Source: Blasia pusilla | Lineage: Eukaryota | Assembly (NCBI GenBank): GCA_050084515.1 | Contig: CM114271.1 | Coordinates: 2,666,001-2,730,000, forward strand | Direction of reading: 5' to 3' | DNA: 64,000 bases | In this document: one piece after another, positions 25,200 through 40,554 of the stretch | Layout: each line of letters opens with the position of its first letter | Numbering within the stretch: position 1 is the stretch's first letter | Program-made: the position numbers and the translations under genes | Notes under the pieces: model-generated | Told to the model about the DNA's origin: nothing | Seen by the model: the letters and a program-made list of their open reading frames with translations, nothing else | The model's database searches: none

Positions 25200-26500
25200 T
25201 GGGTATGCTGAAGGGTCCGGGGATACGGATTGAGTTGGCTAGTGATACGCTGATCTTTCTTCGACCCTAGAGGTATTATGATATGGAGCGAGGCTTGATT
25301 CATAGCCGGAGTCAGGACTTGTGGAGTTATCACATGGGAAGTATGCATCTGCCACAGTCATGCCGGCAAAGAAGGATATGTATGGCAATTTGACGGATAG
25401 GCGGATGTGTGGAGATTACCGTCCTATCAACCGACAGACGAGGTCAGATTGATACGCCATGCCTACTCCTGAGGAGATCTTTGATGCGGTAGGGCATGCA
25501 AAGATCTTCAGTACTTTAGATCTCCGTGCTGGCTATCATCAGCTTCCTATCAAGTTGGAGGATAGGGAGAAGACAACATTATGGGGGATAGATCGGTACG
25601 GGAGAGATTGCTTGTATCAGTGGCGGTTCTTACCATTTGGGTTGAAGAATGCGCATGCAGAGTTTCAGAGAGTGATGGATAGGATTCTAGCTGGCTTGGA
25701 TTTTGTACGATGTTACATAGATGATATTCTTATCTTCAGTTCCACGGTTGAGGAGCATGAGCAACACTTGGAGGAGGTGTTTCGGCGATTTCAATTACAT
25801 GGGTGAAGTTACATCCAGCAAGTGCATTCTTTCAGGAGCAGATTGAGTACTTGGGACACACCATATACCCGAGTGGATTAGGCGTTCAGTAGACGAAGGT
25901 AGAGGCCATTGTGCAGATTCCACGCCCTACAGATGTGAGTCGAGTCCGAGCATTTCTTGGACTGGCGAACTTCTATCGACGGTATCTCAACGGTTTTAGT
26001 GCGATCTAAAAGTCTTTGATCTTGTTGACGAGACTTGATCAGGTTTGGTTGTGGGGAGATGATTAGGAGCGAGCATTTCACGAGCTCAAGGACAGGTTGA
26101 CGTCCTCACCCATTTTACAGAGACCGGTTAGGAGTCGCCCATTCTAGTTACATACGGATTGGAGCATGTTGGGTCTAGGAGCAGAGCTTACTGAGAGGGA
26201 TGACGAGGAGAGGGAGTTCGTTGTGGGTTACACGAGCCGATCGAACAATATTGCAGAGGCAAAGTACAACTCCTACGAGGGAGAGTACTTGGATGCAGTG
26301 TGGGCCGTGGCACATTTTAGGTGCTATTTATTCGGCAATCCTTTCACACTTATCACTGATCATCAGCCGTTGAGGTGGTTGATGGAGTCCGACAAGCTAA
26401 CGGGAAAGCTTGCCAAGTGGGCTCTACTACTACATGAGTATGAGTTTGAGGTGGTTCATAGGCCAGGTTGGCTGAACCAGGATGCGGATGGGTTCAGTCG
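25200..26500 (+). pseudogene. Ty3/gypsy reverse transcriptase and RNase H
   Basis: RMCGDYRPIN; FSTLDLRAGYHQL; LPFGLKNA; YIDDILIFS; LHTDWS..GLGA; YEGEYLDAVWAV; LITDHQPL; NQDADGFSR. Confidence 0.93.
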
Positions 26501-26879
26501 TAATCCATGTCTGAGTCAGAGAGACGACACAAGAGCTCGATGGCACGGAGAGAGTGATGAGGAGATGGTGCCCGGTTGGCATGCATCTGCCTATCTTTGT
26601 TGGTTGACTATGGCAGGTCAGCCACAGGTGATGACTCCAATGGTGGGGTTGGATGATGAGTCTTTGGATCCGGAGGTTAGTGAGGAGGCGACAGGTGGTC
26701 GTGATATCCATGACGACGTGGAGGTTGTGGAGTTCTTGCGCAATGGCGTCATTGCGAGTACATTGAGTGCTAGGGAGCGGGATCGGATCCTACAGAGAGT
26801 CAAGAGGTTCAAGTGGGAGGGGACTCACATTTTGCGGGTATGGGGAGACGGTAGGATACGAGTGGTACCTCATCCTTCC

Positions 26880-27950
26880 GAGCGAGCACGTGTAGTGCGA
26901 CATGCCCCTGAGCAGTTGGGACATTTCACAGTAAAGCGTACTTACAGCTTACATCAGGTTCAATATTGGTGACTCGGCATGCATACTGGGGTACAGTAGT
27001 TTGTGGCTAGATGTATGGTATGTGACAGAGCGCGAGCATCCTTCAATGCTCCCACTCCGTAGTTACATCCTTTGTCGATTATGAGTTTAGGTTATCGGTG
27101 GAGTTTACACTTTGCGGGACCTTTGCCATTGACGGGACATCATCATAGGTACGTGTTGGTCATGGTGTAGCATTTCTCCAAGTGGAAAGAGTTGGTGGCA
27201 CTACCAGACAAGGCGAGCGAGGGAACAGCTTATGCATTTCTGATCGTGTGCTTAGTCACTTTGGTGCACCGGGCGGAGGTGTTGCCCGACCAGGGTACCG
27301 AGTTGAGGGAGAGTTTCAGGCCTTATGTGATCAGGCCGATAGATCACCGCACCACGTCGAAGATCATCCCGAGGCGGATGGGTTGGCGGAGAGAGTGGTG
27401 ACGGTGAAGAGAGGATTGCGCAAGTATGGCTTGCAGCGGGGGCGATTGAGGGAGTGGGACCTCGATTTGCCATGGTTGGCTATGGGTTATTGCTTTAGTC
27501 GGCAGGCATCCTTGGCATCATTTTCACCGTACTTTTTGCTCTTTGGGAGAGAGCCAGATTTACCTGCAGCGATTCGACGTGACATGGCGGAGGTGTTAGA
27601 TCTCGATGATCCAGATGTGTGGGTACAAGCATGTTCTTAGAGGGCAGAAGTTTTTCGTAGAGTTATGCCTATGGCCTTTGAGAACTTAGCTATTGCCTAG
27701 CATAGAGATACATTGAGGTACGCGACCATTCATGGAGGAGGTTATCGTCCAAGAATTAGGAGGTTTCATCCTGGAGATTACGTGTATTTATAGCAGGTGG
27801 CACCCACGACGCTAGATGTCACTGCAGGGCGCACGATCCTACGTGTGCGCGAGGTATTACCGACCGGAGTCCTCATGTTGGAGGGACGGGATTGTATGGT
27901 TTGGAAGGATCATGTGCGCAATTGTGCGCCATGTTATCTTCCGAACGTAG
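26880..27950 (+). pseudogene. DDE integrase (HHCC zinc finger plus core)
   Basis: RHA.EQLGHF...CMVC; RWSLHFAGPLP; ELVALPDK; DQG.E; HPEADGLAER; FSPYFLLFGREP. Frameshifted. Confidence 0.88.
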
Positions 27951-27994
27951 ATGGGACGGTGGTTCCAAACTTGGCAGTGGTACCTGCAGGCTTG

Positions 27995-28136
27995 AGGTGT
28001 ATGTTGTGCAGATCTGCAAGGGATGCAACCACCATGTTGGTATGTGATGGTTGTTCTCGAGGGTGGCATATGTCATGTCTGACCCCCCCTCTTGATGTGG
28101 TTCCCACGGGATGATGGATGTGTCCGAGATGTGTAT
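27995..28136 (+). pseudogene. PHD finger (C4HC3) at the integrase C-terminus
   Basis: CMLCRSARDATTMLVCDGCSRGWHMSCLTPPLDVVPTG*WMCPRC. Confidence 0.9.
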
Positions 28137-28203
28137 AGGGTAGTAGGTCATGTTAGAGAGATGTGATATTTTCTATCTGGAGTTGGGGGATCCAACTGCC
28201 AGC

Positions 28204-28214
28204 TAGGGGGGCGG
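28204..28214 (+). promoter_or_regulatory. Polypurine-tract-like G run immediately before repeat B1
   Basis: ctaggggggcggtt here and ctagggggacgatt at the equivalent place in the second copy (54809-54821, minus strand). Confidence 0.6.
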
Positions 28215-29008
28215 TTGTGTGATCTCTATATATATGTATGAGTTGATTTTTGTACATGTGTGGATTGACCCGTGTGTGGGTAAGATCAGTGTTGTATGGT
28301 GTAGATGTGAGCCAAGGAGATGATGTATGTTACAATGAGAGAGAGCGATATGTAGAGAGAGAGATGTGTAGCGATATGTATGCGCATGACATTTTATCAC
28401 ATCTGAGTAGCCGATAGGCCGAGATCTATCGTGGATAGGGCGTAGGAGCCAGCGGACTATCTTGAGTGTAACTTTGGCCCATGGTGTCGGATGAGGTTGA
28501 GGATAGGTCCATTGTGTTAGGAACGTCGTTTTTGACAACTTTCATGTTGAGGTCTTTCACGGCCGGTGACTTGTTGACCGGGTCACCCGCCCCTAGTAAC
28601 CTGTGCGCGCAGGTTACCAAGGAGAGGGCTATTTTTAGGGGAAGAGCCTTTTGGCTCTTCCCAACCCTATATAAGAGAGAAAGATGGCTTTCCTAAGCCA
28701 TCTTTCTTATGTTGGGCCGTTGGAGCACCTCCCTTGTATGTGTGTGAGATAGGACTAGGGTGCTAGCGTCCGGATTCCTTGATGAGGGTGGATGAGGCTC
28801 GATATGTCGATGTAGATTGAGGAGTGGAGTTTTAGGCCGGGTGTGCCATTTTTTACTACTCTTTATTTTTATTGTGTGATCTCCATGTATATATATGAGT
28901 TTATTTTTGTACTTGTGTGGATCGACCCGTGTGTGGGGAAGATCGGTGTTGTGTGGTGTAGATGTGACCAGCGATGTGTGTTGTGTAGCGATATGTATGC
29001 GCACGACA
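28215..29008 (+). repeat. 3' terminal B1-A2-B2 repeat block
   Basis: B1 28215-28391 and B2 28872-29008 share ttgtgtgatctc...gtagcgatatgtatgcgcaYgaca; A2 28395-28871 matches A1. Confidence 0.9.
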
Positions 29009-30573
29009 ATTGTGTGCCCTTTGTCCATCCCCATGGTTCTAAAGGTGAGATTCAAGGTTTCAAACATTGTTAGATACTCTCCCATTTATATATGGTTTTA
29101 GAGAAATCCACCCCTTCCCTTTATCTAAGGAATTCCTCTTGGACCATTCCTTATTTTCCCCAACCCATACTATCATTCAAACAATTTCAAGTATGTTTTA
29201 AGAATTTTGATTGTACCTTTGACCAATTTTGTGTGTGTTGAAAGTGGCTTCTTAAAGATGTCTGAAAGTGCTTACGCACCTTCGGACACCGTGCTTTTGT
29301 CTTGTCCGACTATTCCAGAATTTAAATGGGCTCCCGGTGCCACCGGGGTATTATTAACCAAACCGAATCCTTCAAAATTTTGCGTGCGGCTTTTTTTCCT
29401 TTTTTTGTCTGACAGGGCCCCCAGGAGCCCTGTCAGACGGTCGCGGGCCCTTGTCGGATTTCCAATGCCACCTAATTCCTCCTAAAATTTTGTAGCCTCA
29501 AGCAACAACAACCCTCAAACGCTCAATCAAATTCCAAGCGAGGTTGCATTTTCCTATTAGTCAAACTCTTATATATGGGACTTGAGATCTTCTCAATTGC
29601 AAGTTCCACCATGGTTCCATCTAGCATTTGATCATGCTCTTCTATTTCACAACCATCGTTTTTTGAGAAGCCCATCAAGCCATGTTTGCTTCTGCAACTC
29701 AAGTTTGCCCATGAGACTTTGAAATGTGTTTCTATCTTATTATCAGCCCACTAGAGTTCTAATGTCATACGTTGGCATACGCATAATAATGAGGGTTGCG
29801 ACACTCATTCTCTTAAGAGAGTTTGATGTCCTCATCAATAACAACAATTTAATTTCAAATCTTCCTATTTGCCTAAAGTCTTGAGTTATCGCATCTAACA
29901 CAAACAAAGATTTAATTTCTTGTTTTTTGGTAACCATGGATCGAGTTCCTTAAAGCTAATCTAAGTTAACCTAATAAGTTGATGAACTAAGCATTATACC
30001 TAAGACTTCATTTGCTCACAACATGTCAAGGTTGATATCCCTCATATTTATAAGATCCCCAAGACACAATGCTTTTGAATCACCATTGAATTATATCACT
30101 AGGTTTATTCGTCACTTCAAAAGTAATTCTTGATCTTTTTTAATATTCCTTTCTACATCTCAACCTACCTTCCGAGAAATTAAATTTGATTTTTTAATTT
30201 TCATACAAAATTTACATGTCTAATAAATAAACTTCCCAATCACGTTATTTATATATATAATGTTTTTATTTTAATTTGTTCAATTTCTATTATTATTACC
30301 CTTCTCTTGGTAAACTACACTATTCTAGATATGTCCAAAGGTTTCATAAATATCAAATTTTCCTTGGATGGTCCATCAAAATAACCCAACCAGGGATTTT
30401 TTTCATATACTGTTCTCATAGTTGGGCATCATTACTATAAATATGTGTTAGAAATTGCCATCAGAGATACCATGGGAAAAATTATTGAAAATATTTGATT
30501 GAAAAAGCTTGTTTTTTTCTTTAATGTTGAGACGTTCATTGGAAATAACCACCAAAATGTATTAGTGCTACAA

Positions 30574-30786
30574 TCTATATTATTATGGGAGAGTGCTTTC
30601 TTGATTTGCATACACTTCTCTGCTTGACGCGTGGTAAGTGGGCCAAAAAAAAAGTTTCACATGCTACGGGCAGCAAAAAATTTTGAATTTTTGTGCAATA
30701 TCATTAATCTCCTCCCTTAATGGGCTCTACACTAAATCTTCAAACACTTTTTTTATTTCGCGTGCATCGCACGAACACCTTACTAG
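30574..30786 (+). mobile_element. Short non-autonomous Helitron
   Basis: A|TCTATATTATTA 5' end; hairpin cgtgc-atc-gcacg at 30761-30773; CTAG|T 3' end; related copies at 40041-40554 and 50980-51880. Confidence 0.8.
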
Positions 30787-31499
30787 TATCTACAAATAAT
30801 ATCTTAAGAACTATAGCGAAAATTAACATATGGAAATCATATCTCAAACCTTGTAGTTGGAAATAATTGCTCAACTTTTACATTTTACCCTACGGAAGTT
30901 TCATGTGATATGTATGAAGCCAAAATATGCAATACTCATTTTTTCATCTTAATCCCTACCTTTCTAACTTTATTCCTATCAATGTTAACTATTATTTCAG
31001 GAAGAGAATATTATTATGTGGTTTTTTTTCAATGAGTGAGATTAAAAAGAAGGAGAAGGAGGGTGCTCTATTATCCCTCGGGAAGTCATAAAATTAAATG
31101 TGGATATGCTAAAAGGAAATATTTAATAACTTCATATACGTGGGAGTTGAACAAACAGGGTTATTTAATATGGAACAAACTATTATGAAAGAAATGAAAC
31201 CTAAATATTGGATGACGTGTTGTCTCTTATTTTCTCAAAAGTCACAATTGTTAAAAATACCTTCAAGTAGAATTGCAAAAATGAAGAGATATTTTTTCTT
31301 AAAATGAAATGTGTTTACCAAGCTAAAATTTAACACATGTTATGGAATGTCAAATATATTATCTATTTATAAATGGGAGGATTATTTTTCTTGATATTTC
31401 CCCTTGTCATGACACATTTGCTCACAAAAATATATTGATATTGGTGACTTATTTGACTATGGAAAAACAACTCAAAGTTATTAAAGAGTATAATGCATT

Positions 31500-33070
31500 A
31501 CGAGCATCTTTCTAGTCCACTTTATTACGATAACAAGGGAGATGGTTTTAAGAATAAAATCCACTTTATTATAAAAATTAAACCTCAAAAGAGGACAAAG
31601 AAGGGAAGGAGGCAAGAAATATAAGAAGGGATGCAAAAAGAAGATGACAACAAGCCAACAAAAACCAACTTAATGGGCTATACAATTAATAACTTGAAAC
31701 AAATTTGACAAAAACGTCTAGTAGTGGTTGGTCATATATGAATGGACGTTGAGGTGAATGATCTCCAACCACTTCGGTTTGACATATCAATACTAAGGCG
31801 TGTGCATGTTGTAATGCCATTAGATACATTACAAAAAATAAGTAGTAACAATGGAGAGAATAGGATTATAGAAAGGGCAAAGTGATGATTCTCGAGGTAG
31901 TGATAAGCACATGTTTTTCCAAGAAAGTATTAAAAGATATACATAAGTGCTCACATACTTCCACTACAAAATGAATAAATCCTTTAGTTGCATGTCTTAT
32001 TGCGTTACTTAACACCTTCATTCTTGCTACCTCATGGGCCATAGAACCTTCAATATGTGTCACTTAACACACCAAAGTCAAATTGGTTGGATCATCAATC
32101 ACCACATCATCTAATAGATGAAAGCCACCTCAAGACATAATAATATCAACTCTCTCACAAGATGTTTCTTGTTTAATAGAAGATAGGGCATGTACATGCT
32201 TTAGCCAAAAGATGTATCCTACCGTTCTAGCCATCAATGCAACCTTCTCTTTGATCACATTATGGATCCTCGTTTGTTCTCCACCATATGCACATCGGAG
32301 AATGTGGATACCCTTTGAATCAATGGGCTTCATGCAAACACAATTTGACACACCTAGAAGAGAAGGACGGGAAGTCTAAGGCATAAGCGTAGAGTTGTTG
32401 AGAATATACTTTGAGGAAGAGAAAATGGAAGAATAAGAGAACTTTAGTAAGCCATGCCCGCCCCTCTTGTATGTGCTCATGAATGCAAACGAGCTTGATG
32501 AGTGCCTTTGAAAGAATGCTATAAAAGTTGATTTATGGCAAAGTCTAAGAGATAAACAAAGTCAAGTAAGCAGATGGAAAAAAACTTGGGTTGAATGCTC
32601 TATCAAGATAGGCACATCTCCTTCGAGAAATCGTGAAGTCATAATCGACAACCAAACCCACCTCCATAGAAGAGATGTTGGTGCATATGTTACTGTGGAG
32701 GATGGCTTCATACCTCCTAAAGAAATGGGCAAGACAGCTTCTTGTGAATTCAAGACACTATTATCTCCCTTCAATGTATTTGGATGAAGAAGTTGATCGA
32801 AAGTTGCCACAATAGAAGTGTTAAAAGATTTCAACTCATATAAGAGCTTTGAAGTGGGAGGACAAGTGCAAAGAAGGTAGGATTGGAGGGACTTTGTAGA
32901 AAATATTGGTAGAGAATCCCATAAGCCACTTTGGGATCGCCTGGATGAAGTAACAAATGAAGCTGTTCTAGATATTTATGAAGGGCCTCATCAAACAACA
33001 CGGAGACACAATTGATAAAGCTAATTGGGACATCAAGAACTTGAACTCTTTGAATATACATGGTAAAATT
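31500..33070 (-). mobile_element. 5'-truncated degenerate CRE-like LINE (family B relative)
   Basis: Colinear with 13500-15120: VAYGILYQYFL, LPISLGG, DSKGIHILRCAYGGEQTRIHN, GFIHFVVEV, and a shared 3' UTR motif. Confidence 0.78.
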
Positions 33071-33596
33071 AGGAATAAGTGAGATGAATGTCAAAGGAAA
33101 GCATGAAAAAGATCATACAATTACTCATCCAAAATAATACCATTGGCTTACACAACCAACATTTCTATCCACTAACAAAGACATTTGTAAAAAATAAAAA
33201 TCACCTAAAAATGAAGAAGCACTGTCCAATACTACTAATATATAAATTTTTTTCGACCATAAACTTAGACTACTAACATCCATATGGACTAAGAAAGACA
33301 TGATCCCAAAATGAAGAGGTACTCTTTTGTCTTATTTTACTTACTTTAAGGGTCGTTAGAGAATATTTTGTTTGCCTAAGGTGCTAACAAGAAAATTCCC
33401 GACCGTAGATGCATCCATCCCCTCCCCCCATCAATTACATCGCCCCCGTCCGATTCGGGTAGCTCCCACACCATTGACGTCTCCCCGTCCCCCTCCCTCA
33501 CGAATGAAGTTGGGATCCCTACGACTGTAGGGTCTTTTCGAAACCCCCAGCAGAACAGCTGCGGAGAAGGCGGTGGAACGCAGGAAACGATTGTGA

Positions 33597-36747
<3,151 letters not shown>

Positions 36748-36985
36748 GGGATGTAAATGTCAAGTGGCATTAGAACAGACAACATATATACGAGAAGTTG
36801 CATTTATTGCATCTTATCCTTCAGATTTGCTACCATCTGAGGATTTTCAGCGAGATATTTTCATCTTGCAAACTCCACAGAACTGGGGTTGTTATGTCAG
36901 CGAATGTTGTGTTGCTGTGCTGTGCTGATCCCAAACGCGGAAACTAGCTAGTCTCCTGAGATCTACGTGTGATCTGTGGTTTAGG

Positions 36986-37096
36986 GCAAAGTGGCACATG
37001 AGAGGGAGAGTTTATTGGTTGATGCCTCAAACCTCTGCACCAACCCTCTTCTACAGGCGCACTATATTAGACTCTCCCTCTCATGTGCCACTTTGC
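36986..37096. repeat. Perfect 26-bp inverted repeat with 59-nt loop
   Basis: gcaaagtggcacatgagagggagagt (36986-37011) is the exact reverse complement of 37071-37096. Confidence 0.9.
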
Positions 37097-40040
37097 AGTA
37101 CCTCCCCCCGCCGTGCCAATCCCATCCTAGTCTCTAGCAACCGCCAAACCAGAGTACCGATTCCGTGGTTGCATGGCTGTGGCAAGGTCCTCTTCATGAG
37201 TATAATTGGTTAATAACTGGCATGGATGGAAATTAGAGAGATGCCCTTTCACTATCATCTTGCTTGTGTGGTAGATGTGAAAGATTCATCTACTTTGTGG
37301 GTATCATGAACGATGTGAACATTCCATGAGGAAGGGAGTGGTCTAGGAAACAATCTGTTCTAGATCAATCATAAAGTCCTTATGAAGCCTATTTGGCTGA
37401 ACTCAAGTGTGTTGCATTTGAGTTCGCTTTGGGGGAATCTGCAGGTTTTGAGGAGCAAAGTGGTGCTGCAGACACTTAACTCCAAAACTGTATAAGGTGA
37501 AAGACTGTATTTTTCCATAGACAGCCCTGGATGAACCTAGTGGACGAGAATCCTTTCACATAGACGAGGATGAAAAACGACGAGAATCCTTTCACGTAGA
37601 GGTGTTTCGTGGAATTGCTGAAATCTTCACAGAAAATATGGATACACTAATAGTAGGAGTCAGCCTAGAATTAATATGTTGACACATCTTAGTACCATTG
37701 GGGCGCCTCAAATTTGTGTCCGTAGGTTTGGATGTCTTGTCTGTATTTTTATTTATGGCTCTACGGCAGGTCAGGTGCAGGGTGCCGAAAGAGGCAGATG
37801 TTCGCCTCTTACGGCCGGTCGTAAGACATTTTCCCCTCTATATACTTCATGTCACAGGAAAAATATTGAACCTGATAAAATGATATACCCTCTGATGCAG
37901 AGAAACACTGTTCCTTCTTTGGTCAATATCCTAGGAGACACGCGAGTACTTGTGTCTGGCTATCTTAGACGCCCTATTAGATTTTAACATTATTGCATCT
38001 GTAATATCAGATACGCTCTGAATTTGCAAAATCCTCTTCATTCCCAAGAATCTGCAAGAGTTTTTCTCATGTTAGCAACCTAAGTTTTGAGATATTTCAA
38101 TCTGGATAACATGAACAATGTCTGGAAGGAGTTGGAATGAGTTTGATCTATAGTTTAACCAGAGGTCTAGTAATCTTTGTGTGATAATTAGTATCTTCAT
38201 GTAACGAAAATGAGATTGTAAATGTCACCAATTTCTAAGCGGAATGTGTGGCCTCTATTTTTTCTTGATAGACAGTTCTTGGGGACAATCGGCAAATAGG
38301 TGAGTCTTGCACATAAATGCCAGCCTTGACTTGGGGAAGTGAGTTATGATTGGGTCGAAAGAGATCACCTAATAGGTCATGCTATGAATCATCACCTGGA
38401 GAAAAGGCGAATTGCCCAATGAAAGGAAGTTTGAGATGGGAAAAGAAACCTTGAGATGAACCCTTGAGAATGAGGTATAGGAAACCAAGCCTCACCAAGT
38501 TAGGACTAGTCAGGATGGGGATGCTTCTCAAGACAAATATCAGGAGGAAATAGGGAAAGGTATTCATAGCAATTAAGGGAGAGTGGTTCGGGAGTCATGA
38601 TCAATTACTGAAGATGGGTAGTAGTGTCATGAGATAAGTCATCTGATACAAGAGGTGACAAGACCAACTTTGAGATGTGAAGACATGAGTAGAGACGGGC
38701 ATTTCTATTAGTGCAACTCATATCGAGGATCCAACTAGCTAAACACTGCCTCAGGAGTCTCAGTCCACAAGCAGATACGAGGGGTACACTCAGGACGGGA
38801 TGGGGACCCAAAGAACCCTAGAAGTATTCAAAGGAGAGTGTATTCTCCTTTATACACTTCAATACTCTCCTTCCCTATCCATTCACTAGTCGGAATAAGG
38901 ATTTGACCATGTTTTGTGCTTCGTCAAATTTTTAGGTTGTAAATTAGGATACCATTCAAGTAGTCACTTGGCTTCTGCTTGGGTGAGTGACAAAGAAAGG
39001 TAGGTCAAGGGTTGGGCACAATATGCATCTTGTGAGACTCGATAACCAAATCTACTTAATATCTTCTTTGACTCTTCTTTGGGGTACATGGGTTTGGGTT
39101 CGGACTATGATCCAACCAAGTCTTCCACTTGCAAGGCTAAAGGTGATCGCTCTATGACGCCCAACATGTGCAAGGCAATTTTTTCCCACATCACATCCAT
39201 GCTTAATTTTTTAAGTAAGGTGGTTCTTCAAGAATCTCATAAGGTTTGAGGGGAGTATGTTTGCCTCTAAACTCATGGGAGCGCACTTGATTTTTATATT
39301 TCTGATGTGTATTAATTCTATTGACACATGCCTTGATTTCTCCCTTCCCATCAGTATATCGCCATTTTACAAAAACCAATTGGGATAGACACGAAGGCTC
39401 TAAACTTGCGGGTACTAAACTATGCCTCTCCGTACTCTTAAAAGATTCCAATGTTGTATCCATTATCCCTATTTGATTAATAAAACTCTCAAATCCCCAA
39501 GATTTGATTCCCCTTTGTCACAACATTGGTCAAATCAAACCACTATGATCTTTCCACACCCTTCCCACATTGAACAAGGCAAGTCACTATTTTTTTATAT
39601 CCCCATTTATTTTTTACCCATGCATGCATTGTTTTTTTCCTTGTATGTCTTGTTGTTTTTCTTTGGTTGGGGAAAAAACATCTTGGATTGTGTGGTTCTG
39701 CCTACGGTAGATTAAACTTTTGTAGTGAGCTACATATTTTTTGTCGATGAGAGATTACATGGATTTGTGTAACCTTACTCCCAATTGTGTCATCCTACTA
39801 ATCTAATTTCATTAAAATTAGCAATAAGAACAAATAAACCTCTATATGCCCTTCTTTTCTAGGCTTGTGTGCTTTTACTCATCAAAGATTATGCTTTTGT
39901 ATTCCATTCACATCTTCTTAAGTGTGAATTGACCTCCTTATTGTCAAATTTCATTCCGAATCCTACCAATCCCTCTAATTTTTCATTAGTACTAATAATA
40001 AAACAAAATGAAAAAAAAGGAAAAAAGACTCGAGGGTTCA

Positions 40041-40554
40041 TCTATATTATTGTCGAAGAGTGCCTTTTTGATTTGCAAACACTTCTCTATTTGACATATG
40101 GCAATCGGGCAACAAAAAAATATTATATATTTTACGGGCAAGAAGAAAATATTTTCCTTTTTACGGGTTTTTTTTTTTTTTGCAACATGATTAGTGCCTA
40201 CCTACACTCCCGTGCATGGGATTATAGGAAACCCTTCTTAGGTGTTGACACATGTCCTTTTAACGCCCTTCTATTGTTGACACATGTTCTTTTGAGACTC
40301 TTCTATTGTTAATAAGTGTCATTTAAAAATAATTAAATTAGAGGGGAGATTTGTCACCCGTGTATCGCACAGGCAACATACGAGTATCACTTATTTATAT
40401 TAGTATAGAGCCCGTGGGATGCATGGGAGTAATGATATTACATATAAATTCAAAAATTTATTTTTGTAATTCATAAAAGAAATATTTTCTTATTGTCAAG
40501 TGTCAAACATAAATATTTTGCAAATTAAAAAACATTTGCCAATAATAATATAAA
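40041..40554. mobile_element. Two tail-to-tail short non-autonomous Helitrons (40041-40384 +, 40400-~40554 -)
   Basis: TCTATATTATT 5' motif shared with 30574; degenerate cccgtg...cac/cat.gg hairpins followed by CGAG and CTAA ends. Confidence 0.6.

Larger units (their letters stand above)
19551..29008 (+). mobile_element. Ty3/gypsy-like retrotransposon encoding a cytosine DNA methyltransferase and a PHD finger, with split direct repeats (A-internal-B-A-B); decayed
   Basis: Starts TGTC and ends GACA. A repeats at 19551-20031 and 28395-28871; B repeats at 28215-28391 and 28872-29008. Internal gag, protease, DNMT, RT (YIDD), RNase H, integrase and PHD fragments in gypsy order. Confidence 0.92.

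Noticed and set aside
28215-29008. B-A-B block as an independent TRIM insertion
   Set aside because: A also forms the 5' end of the large element, and the block follows the G-run at the same position in both families. Not fully excluded without more copies.
38000-39500. Possible decayed LTR-retrotransposon 3' region
   Set aside because: No clear catalytic motif or paired repeats found by eye.
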